A DNA stretch of 26,454 nucleotides from Verrucomicrobiota bacterium (lineage in GTDB: Bacteria > Verrucomicrobiota > Verrucomicrobiia > Limisphaerales > CANJXF01), in NCBI GenBank assembly GCA_038214755.1, contig JBBQRQ010000071.1, forward strand, positions 1 to 26,454, read 5' to 3'. Numbering within the stretch: position 1 is the first letter of the stretch; each line of letters begins with the position of its first letter. This document shows, in pieces, positions 17,949 through 24,175 of this stretch. The position numbers were made by a program, and so were the translations under genes. The notes beneath the pieces are model-generated. The model did no database searches and had not been told where the DNA came from. It was given only the letters and a program-made list of their open reading frames with translations.

Positions 17949-18857
17949 ATGGGACTTGATATCAACGGAACGCGCTTTCTGCTCTATGCGAGGGCAATGG
18001 GCGTCGATTTCTCACGGGCGGCAATGATCGGTCGCCAGAGGTTGCATCTGAGCGCAGCGGAGTTGGAAATAAACCTGCGGGATTTCAGTGCTTCATTTGA
18101 TCATGAAACGATTAGTCGAATCTTCAGCCTGAAAGGTTATGCGGAGGAGTTTTTGAAATTCCTTGGGGCAAGAGAGGTTCATTCATTGGATAACTCCCGT
18201 TACGAGGAAGCCACTCATTTGCACGATATGAACCGGCAAATTCCGAGTGATCTTCTTGCGCGATATTCGATGGTGTTGGATGGTGGTTCCCTCGAGCATA
18301 TTTTTAATTTTCCTCACGCAATCAAGAATTGCATGGAGATGGTTGAGGTTGGCGGATATTACCTTGGAATCACACCGGCAAACAATTTTTCAGGACACGG
18401 ATTTTATCAATTCAGCCCCGAATTGTTTTTTAGCGTCTTCACGGAAGGCAACGGTTATAAAGTGGTGAACGTTTTTGCTTTTGAAGCGGGACGGGGCGTG
18501 GCGGATTGGTTTTCCGTCAAAGACCCCGCTATCGTTCAAGGCCGCGTGACGCTGACGAACAGCGAGCCGGTTTATCTTCTGGTGATTGCAAAGCGTGTGA
18601 GAGAAACAAAAATTTTCGAATCAACGCCGCAACAAAACGATTACGTTTCCGCTTGGAAAAAGGGCGACAACGAACCTCCGCCCACCATTCCCTCACGTTC
18701 ACGAACTTCAGTGGCAACCTTGTTCAATCTTGCGCCCAGACGATTGCGGCGCGCGGCCAGAGAACTCCTCGGCTCCAAGAAATCTATTTTTAATCCGCGT
18801 TTTTTTTTACCAATCGATCCCATAAAGGTGGCGCGAGAAATTCAAAAAAAATTATAA
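17949..18857 (+). CDS. Putative SAM-dependent methyltransferase-like protein, 302 aa
   Basis: VHSLD..YE.A..HDMN, Y.MVLDGGSLEHIFN, MVEVGG, GHGFYQFSPE. The glycine-rich motif I is not canonical. Confidence 0.7.
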   Translation: MGLDINGTRFLLYARAMGVDFSRAAMIGRQRLHLSAAELEINLRDFSASFDHETISRIFSLKGYAEEFLKFLGAREVHSLDNSRYEEATHLHDMNRQIPSDLLARYSMVLDGGSLEHIFNFPHAIKNCMEMVEVGGYYLGITPANNFSGHGFYQFSPELFFSVFTEGNGYKVVNVFAFEAGRGVADWFSVKDPAIVQGRVTLTNSEPVYLLVIAKRVRETKIFESTPQQNDYVSAWKKGDNEPPPTIPSRSRTSVATLFNLAPRRLRRAARELLGSKKSIFNPRFFLPIDPIKVAREIQKKL

Positions 18858-18877
18858 TTGTTTTCAAAACGGAGATC

Positions 18878-20221
18878 TTAACGCGGACTCGCATCGAAAA
18901 AAATTCCACTCAACACTGCGTTGCCAGCCAGGGCAGTGATACGGAATCTCACCACACCTCGAATGCTCCAGACAAAATAATTCCCATTGTGAAACTGCGT
19001 CGCGCGTCGGCTATCCAAAACCACCCCTGTCGCCGGATCAATCGCTTCGATGTTTTGCACCCGTTCGTTGCCACCCCAGTCCTGGCAATAAAGCGCGATC
19101 TGATGGAAATTTCCGTCCAGCACTTTCACGGACATCGTCAGATTCGTTTGGGAAAACCAGGCCGAGGCGACTCCCCCAACTCCGTTCGTCAGTCGCAACG
19201 CGCTCGGATCGTCTGTCCAGAGGAGCAAAATATTTTTCGCATTGATGGAAACTTCCGCGTAGGCGGAAAAATTTGTGGCATGGCGAATAATATAGAATCC
19301 ATCTTTTCCATATTTCTCATTCCATTTTCCTCGAGTCACAGAATCTTCTCGCAGAAAAATTGCGCTCGCCGCCGGGAGTTTTACGTGACAGGTGACTGGC
19401 TCCGTAAAAAATTCCGCGCCCGAATCGTCCGTAATTTTCGCGGTTAAAGAATGCGTTCCGGCCAATGCATTCGTCCATTCCAGCCGGTAAGGAAATTTCT
19501 GCGCCTCTCCGATTTCGCGGGCGTCGGCAAAGAATTCCACGCCCCGCACTGTGTCTCCAAAATTACCCAAATCGATTACGAGCGGAATAGCTATCGGTGC
19601 CACAAAAGTCGCTCCTTCGACCGGATTGGTCAGCCGTCCGCTCGACATGCGAAGTCGATCAACGGTCGCTTCGCCGATTCCGCTGATCGCCAGCCCAGCG
19701 AAAATTTCATTCGGCATTTCAATCGTATCCGCGCTGAATTGAATCCAGTTCGTTCCGTCGTTCGAAAAAAATCCGCTGAACGCATTTCCGTCGCGGACCA
19801 CTCTGACCCACTGCGAAGTTTCATTCGTGCGGGTGGTTTGCGTGGACGATTTCTTCAAATCGGAATGTCGTTCAAAAAGGATGTTGCTGCCGCTGAGAAA
19901 TGTTCCGGCGCTCAAAGAATTGGAGTCGAGATTTTGACGAAACATCACACCCACTTTCGCTGAAGCCAATTCAACTCCGCGGAGGTGCGCGACGATTTGC
20001 CCATTGCCAACAAAAGGTTGAGACACGAAAAAAAGTCCGTCATTCGTTGCGGAATTTTTCAGAGTAAAAACGCCATTCGTGGCAGAAAAGTTTCCGACAG
20101 CGCCGTTGATGGCCGCCGTTTTAAATTCAGAAAAAGACACCGCTTCCGCGCAGATCACAAAAAATTTTGTCGCGAAAACAAGTGCCAGCGCCAGTTGGGA
20201 GAATCTCTTCAAGACGATCAT
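18878..20221 (-). CDS. Secreted multidomain protein: ConA-like (DUF1349-like) domain, bacterial Ig-like domain and C-terminal beta domain
   Basis: Signal-peptide-like N-terminus; KVGVMFR..WVRVVRDGNAFSGFFSNDGTNW; TNP..GATF.AP..VEFF..IGE...PY..W.N..AG.HSLTA..TD. Confidence 0.72.
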   Translation of the reverse strand: MIVLKRFSQLALALVFATKFFVICAEAVSFSEFKTAAINGAVGNFSATNGVFTLKNSATNDGLFFVSQPFVGNGQIVAHLRGVELASAKVGVMFRQNLDSNSLSAGTFLSGSNILFERHSDLKKSSTQTTRTNETSQWVRVVRDGNAFSGFFSNDGTNWIQFSADTIEMPNEIFAGLAISGIGEATVDRLRMSSGRLTNPVEGATFVAPIAIPLVIDLGNFGDTVRGVEFFADAREIGEAQKFPYRLEWTNALAGTHSLTAKITDDSGAEFFTEPVTCHVKLPAASAIFLREDSVTRGKWNEKYGKDGFYIIRHATNFSAYAEVSINAKNILLLWTDDPSALRLTNGVGGVASAWFSQTNLTMSVKVLDGNFHQIALYCQDWGGNERVQNIEAIDPATGVVLDSRRATQFHNGNYFVWSIRGVVRFRITALAGNAVLSGIFFDASPR

Positions 20222-20263
20222 TTTTGCCTTTTGCGCGGTGGAATTCCAATTTAATTTCCGGCC

Positions 20264-20749
20264 ATGCCATCATTTGACATTGTTTCGGAGGTTAGCTCGA
20301 TGGAAATCGAGAACGCGGTCAATCAGGCCAAAAAAGAATTGGCGACGCGATTTGATTTCAAAGGAAGCAAAGCGGAAATCGTTTTGGAGAAAGACGAAAT
20401 CAAGCTGACCGCGGACGACGAATTCAAAATGCGCGCGCTCCACGAAATCGTCATCGGCAAACTTTCCAAGCGGCAGATCAGCATGAAAAATATCGACAAG
20501 GGCGAGCCGGAAGTTTCGCCGCTCGGCCATTCGCGGCAGACGATTAAAATCAAACAAGGAATCGAAACGCCGGTCGCGAAAGAGATCACCACTTTTATTC
20601 GCGAAACAAAATTGAAGGTGACCACGCAAATTCAGGACCAGCAAATTCGCGTCACGGGAAAAAGCCGCGATGATTTGCAAGCAGCGATTGCCGCCGTCAA
20701 AGCCAAAGATTTTCCAGTGGCCGTGAGCTTCCAAAATTTTCGCGATTAG
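20264..20749 (+). CDS. yajQ: YajQ family nucleotide (cyclic di-GMP)-binding protein
   Basis: MPSFDIVS, NAVNQA.KE..RFDFKGS, KQGI, IRVTGKSRDDLQ, NFRD. Confidence 0.97.
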   Translation: MPSFDIVSEVSSMEIENAVNQAKKELATRFDFKGSKAEIVLEKDEIKLTADDEFKMRALHEIVIGKLSKRQISMKNIDKGEPEVSPLGHSRQTIKIKQGIETPVAKEITTFIRETKLKVTTQIQDQQIRVTGKSRDDLQAAIAAVKAKDFPVAVSFQNFRD

Positions 20750-20788
20750 TCGCGGCGGCTAGTAACAGCACGAGTCGCGAGGTCTCAG

Positions 20789-20908
20789 GGACTGTGGCGG
20801 CATGACGCCGCTTTTCCTTCGCCTCTCGCCTACGAAGGACTCTCAAACCTGCTGACATTTTCGTCCAAGTCACGATGCAACCAAAGCGGCGTCATGCCGC
20901 CGCAGTCC
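20789..20908. repeat. REP-like inverted doublet downstream of yajQ
   Basis: GGACTGTGGCGGCATGACGCCGCTTT (20789-20814) and AAAGCGGCGTCATGCCGCCGCAGTCC (20883-20908) are 25/26 complementary, with a 68-bp spacer. Each arm has an internal GCGGC/GCCGC hairpin. Confidence 0.88.
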
Positions 20909-21028
20909 AAGGACGCAGCCGCCGCATCTTCGCGTTCAGTTTAGGATTCGCCCCGATGGTGTGAACCGCGATTCAAAAACCTGTTCTTGCTTGACGACCC
21001 GCTTTGTTCTCGGCGAATACTCCTGCCC

Positions 21029-21418
21029 ATGAAAATAAAATTTCTCATCTCTTTGACGGTCTTGACTCTCGCAGTGTTTGTCACGGGCTGCGTCAGCACG
21101 GTGGATGGCCATATGAAAATGGGCGTGCCCCTGGTGAAAGACAAAATCGAAAGCCGTTATCAACGCGGAATTCCTCAGTTGATCGCGGCCGCGAAAGCGG
21201 TGCTCGCCCGCAATGGCACCCTCGTTTCCGATGACACCATCAACAACACCGTCACGGCCCGCGTCGATACTCGAACGGTTTGGGTAAAAATTACCGAGAT
21301 CGATCCCAACGTGAGCCAGGTGACAGTGCAGGCGCGCACCAAAGGCGGCGGACCGGATGTGGATCTCGCCAGTGAAATCGACAAACAAATCGCACTGCAT
21401 CTGGCGACCCATCCGTAA
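21029..21418 (+). CDS. Small lipoprotein, DUF3568-like, 129 aa
   Basis: MKIK, hydrophobic stretch and lipobox VTGC; upstream TTGACG (20991-20996) and AATACT (21016-21021). The family call is from recollection only. Confidence 0.7.
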   Translation: MKIKFLISLTVLTLAVFVTGCVSTVDGHMKMGVPLVKDKIESRYQRGIPQLIAAAKAVLARNGTLVSDDTINNTVTARVDTRTVWVKITEIDPNVSQVTVQARTKGGGPDVDLASEIDKQIALHLATHP

Positions 21419-21441
21419 ACGGATTCCATTCGGTTCAACGG

Positions 21442-21497
21442 TGTTCGATGTCTCAATATGACAACGAACATTCAACGCTCAAGAGTCGAGCATCGAA
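21442..21497. repeat. Degenerate heptamer (AACATCG-type) inverted repeat remnant
   Basis: TGTTCGATG ... GAACATTCAAC ... GAGCATCGAA share words with the 23060-23271 array. Confidence 0.45.
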
Positions 21498-21520
21498 TTT
21501 GAAAACGCCGCTGGCCATTG

Positions 21521-21689
21521 AACCCCCAATTCCGAAATGGCGGCGGCGAAGCCGCCCGGAACGGGGGAAGCGCACAAACTATTCTGTGCCTCTGTTTCCA
21601 ATGCCAGCGTTCTCCCCATTCCGTCGAGCCAGTGGCCGGACGGCACGGGCCGTCGCCCGTGCTACCATTCCAACTTCGGAGTCCGGGTT
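21521..21689. repeat. Degenerate palindromic REP/MITE-like element between convergent genes
   Basis: Imperfect ends AACCC..TCCGAA / TTCGGA..GGGTT; inner CGGAACGGGGGAA / TTCTCCCCATTCCG; hairpin GCACGGGC-cgtc-GCCCGTGC ending in CTAC (GTAG on the minus strand, 21662-21665). Confidence 0.65.
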
Positions 21690-21732
21690 GACTCAATGTT
21701 TTTTCCCGCCGCCGACAGCTTCTCGTTTTCGA

Positions 21733-22968
21733 TCAAACCAAAATTGTGGCCAACGCCAGAAATGTTCCCATGCTGACGACATCCGTTGCAGTCGTCAGAA
21801 AAATACTGGAAGCCGTCGCCGGGTCTGCGCCGAGTTTCCGCAACGTAATTGGGACTAAAGCGCCGGCCACTCCACTGACCACGCAACTTCCCGTCATCGC
21901 CAGGAACACGACAAACCCGAGCGTGATTGCCGCTGGATGTTTTTCGTGATGGGCGTAAAACAACATTCCCAAACCAGCGGTCAATCCGACGAGCGCGCCG
22001 TTGAACAATCCGAGCAAAGCTTCTTTGGCCACGAGATACCGTTGGCGACCGGAGCGTAATTCTCCCAGAGTAATTCCCCGCAACGTCACGGCCAACGCTT
22101 GACAACCCGTGTTGCCCGATTGTCCGGCGAGCACCGGCAAAAATACGGCGAGCAGAACAATCCTTTCCAGAGTATGCGCGAAGAGTCCCACGACCGCCGC
22201 CGCCACAAACGCAGTCAATAAATTAAGTTGCAACCAGGGGTGCCGATATTTGAGCGAGCGCACCCACGGCGTGACCAGACGTTCTTCTTTTTCGACGCCA
22301 ACCATCGAGCCGGCCTGCGCGCTGAGTTCGACGGCCTGCGCTTCAAAAAGAGTTTGGCCGCGCACGACGCCAATTAGTTTTCCTTCCGAATCGCAAACAG
22401 GATAGACCGGAAAGTGGCGAGTGACGGTCACGCGCATCGCGTCAATCGAAGACATGGTGGGCGTCAAAAAAAACGGGTGGCGCACCATGATTTCTTCCAG
22501 CGGCTCAGTGCCCTTGCCCAGACAAAGTTCCCGCATCGCCACCACCCCCAATAATTTTTCCTGCTCGTCGGTGACAAAGAGGTAAGTGATAAAGGCGCGC
22601 TTGACCAGGTCTCGCAAATTCTCGATGGCTTCCGCAATCGTCACATCCGGGCGAAAGACAGCAAATGCCGGCTCCATCAAACGGCCCACCATGCCTTCCT
22701 CAAATGCTTCGTTGCGTTTCCATTGTTCGCGATCTTCACGCGAGGCTGCCGCCAAAATCTCCGCGCGACGCCGCTCGTCGAAACAGGCCAGAATGTTTTG
22801 TCGAGTGGGAGGTTTGAGCAATTTCAAAACGGAGACGACAAATTCTGAACGATAAGACTCAAGCAATTTTGCGGCGGCTTCCGGCGACCGCTCAACCACT
22901 TTTGGAACCAACTCGCGCGGCTGCTCGTCTCCTCCTGCCGGTATTTTTTGGGGATTAGTCGGATTCAT
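21733..22968 (-). CDS. mgtE: Magnesium transporter MgtE (CBS pair plus membrane domain)
   Basis: VGRLM, two CBS domains, R.PWL, FLPVLAGQSGNTGCQ, LGADPATASSIFLTTATDV. ATG 22968 is supported by the promoter; the longer ORF runs into a repeat. Confidence 0.93.
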   Translation of the reverse strand: MNPTNPQKIPAGGDEQPRELVPKVVERSPEAAAKLLESYRSEFVVSVLKLLKPPTRQNILACFDERRRAEILAAASREDREQWKRNEAFEEGMVGRLMEPAFAVFRPDVTIAEAIENLRDLVKRAFITYLFVTDEQEKLLGVVAMRELCLGKGTEPLEEIMVRHPFFLTPTMSSIDAMRVTVTRHFPVYPVCDSEGKLIGVVRGQTLFEAQAVELSAQAGSMVGVEKEERLVTPWVRSLKYRHPWLQLNLLTAFVAAAVVGLFAHTLERIVLLAVFLPVLAGQSGNTGCQALAVTLRGITLGELRSGRQRYLVAKEALLGLFNGALVGLTAGLGMLFYAHHEKHPAAITLGFVVFLAMTGSCVVSGVAGALVPITLRKLGADPATASSIFLTTATDVVSMGTFLALATILV

Positions 22969-22974
22969 GTGGGA

Positions 22975-23003
22975 AAGATATTGTTCCGCCCTTTGGCTGG
23001 CAA
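22975..23003 (-). promoter_or_regulatory. Sigma70-type promoter for a probably leaderless mgtE transcript
   Basis: On the minus strand: TTGCCA-N17-TATCTT-N6-ATG, with no Shine-Dalgarno sequence. Confidence 0.65.
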
Positions 23004-23016
23004 TCCTCTGGAATCG

Positions 23017-23307
23017 ACGGGTAGCATCTGCCTCCGGCGGGTGCGAAGGCATTTCTAATTTCGATGTTCAATGTTGGATGTTCGATGTTGGATGTTATCT
23101 AATTTTCAAAACCTCAATCCTCAAACATCGAACATCAAACATCGAACATCGAACATCGAACATCGGACACCGAACATCGGACACCGAACACCGAACATCG
23201 AACATCGGACAGCGGACAGCGGACAGCGGACATCGGACAGCGAGCATCGAACATTCAACACCGACATCGAATTGAATTCGCACCCGCCGGAGGCAGATGC
23301 TACCCGT
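23017..23307. repeat. GTAG-type REP doublet enclosing an inverted heptamer tandem array
   Basis: Perfect 31-bp inverted repeat ACGGGTAGCATCTGCCTCCGGCGGGTGCGAA (23017-23047 / 23277-23307). Inside are 5 TTCGATG-type units (23060-23094) and 20 AACATCG/GACACCG/GACAGCG units (23124-23263). Confidence 0.93.
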
Positions 23308-23356
23308 TGCCAAAAAAAAGCGTGTCATTTTTCCAGCGGTTGCAGGAATATTTCCC

Positions 23357-24175
23357 GTGAGGTTCATCAGGCAATTCAATTCGAAATCCGAATTCCGAAA
23401 TCCGAGAGCCGAAAGAAATCCAAAGCCCGAAGATCCAAAGCGATGCGAAGATTCGCTCCTGGCAAAACACTTTTCCGATCACGGGACCGAGGGCATTTTC
23501 GGTGTTCGGATTTCGACCTTCTTTCGGATTTCGGGGACTCGGATTTCGGATTTCAAGTTCGACAACTCGCCCATTAACATTTCGACCAGACAAGCCGGTT
23601 TTTCCCTCGTCGAATTATTCATCACGATTGTGCTGGTGCTCATTCTCTCCGCGTTGCTGCTCGGGCGCGGCATGTTTTCCAATCAGCAAAGGCGTTTGGT
23701 CAATTGCCAAAAAAATCTGCAAAATATTTATCTGGCGTCGAGCATTTACGCGGCGGACAACCGAGGAAATTTTCCGCTGCTGGCGGGCGCGCAAACCGCC
23801 GAGCCGCCGTTGAGCCTGCTCGTGCCGCGCAGCACCACGGTCACGGAAATTTTCATTTGCCCCTCCTCCAACGACAAGAAATTGCCCGAGGGCGAACCGT
23901 TCGCGAAACGGCGGATCAGTTACGCCTATTACATGGGGCGCGTTAAGACCGACGGCAGCGGCGTGGCGCTCTTGTCGGATCGCCAAGTCAACACGCTGCC
24001 GAAAATAACGCGGCAGCAAATCTTTTCCGAGAACGGGAAGGAGCCAGGCGCGAACCATTCCAGGGCAGGCGGAAATTTTTTATTTTGCGACGGAGAATTT
24101 CGCAAGGAGAAGCCGCGCGCCTCTCGCGAATATTTGTTTCCAACCAACGTGGTTCTGTTAAACCCCAAGCCTTGA
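23357..24175 (+). CDS. Prepilin-type N-terminal cleavage/methylation protein with H-X9-DG-like C-terminal motif; start uncertain
   Basis: G|FSLVELFITIVLVLILSALLL with E at +5 (G at 23597), C..NL.NI, IFICPS, SYAY, NHSRAGGNFLFCDG (H-X10-DG here). The nearest upstream ATG/GTG/TTG in frame is GTG 23357. Confidence 0.85.
   Translation: MRFIRQFNSKSEFRNPRAERNPKPEDPKRCEDSLLAKHFSDHGTEGIFGVRISTFFRISGTRISDFKFDNSPINISTRQAGFSLVELFITIVLVLILSALLLGRGMFSNQQRRLVNCQKNLQNIYLASSIYAADNRGNFPLLAGAQTAEPPLSLLVPRSTTVTEIFICPSSNDKKLPEGEPFAKRRISYAYYMGRVKTDGSGVALLSDRQVNTLPKITRQQIFSENGKEPGANHSRAGGNFLFCDGEFRKEKPRASREYLFPTNVVLLNPKP
23383..23554. repeat. GAAATCC/GGATTTC heptamer-based imperfect palindrome within the prepilin 5' region
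   Basis: Left arm GAAATCCGAATTCCGAAATCCGAGAGCCGAAAGAA... is complementary to right arm ...TTCTTTCGGATTTCGGGGACTCGGATTTCGGATTTC. Confidence 0.8.

Noticed and set aside
17023..18027. ORFs 17128-18027 (299 aa) and 17023-17574 as intact genes
   Set aside because: The first is the transposase N-terminus reading out of frame past the deletion and the IS end. The second is its antisense shadow.
23060..23271. Possible CRISPR array
   Set aside because: The units are contiguous 7-mers with no unique spacers, and no cas genes are present.
22967..23593. ORFs 22967-23275, 23071-23577, 23095-23379 and 23300-23593 (NIEHRTS-type repeat peptides)
   Set aside because: They are open only because the heptamer repeats lack stop codons; there is no independent coding evidence.
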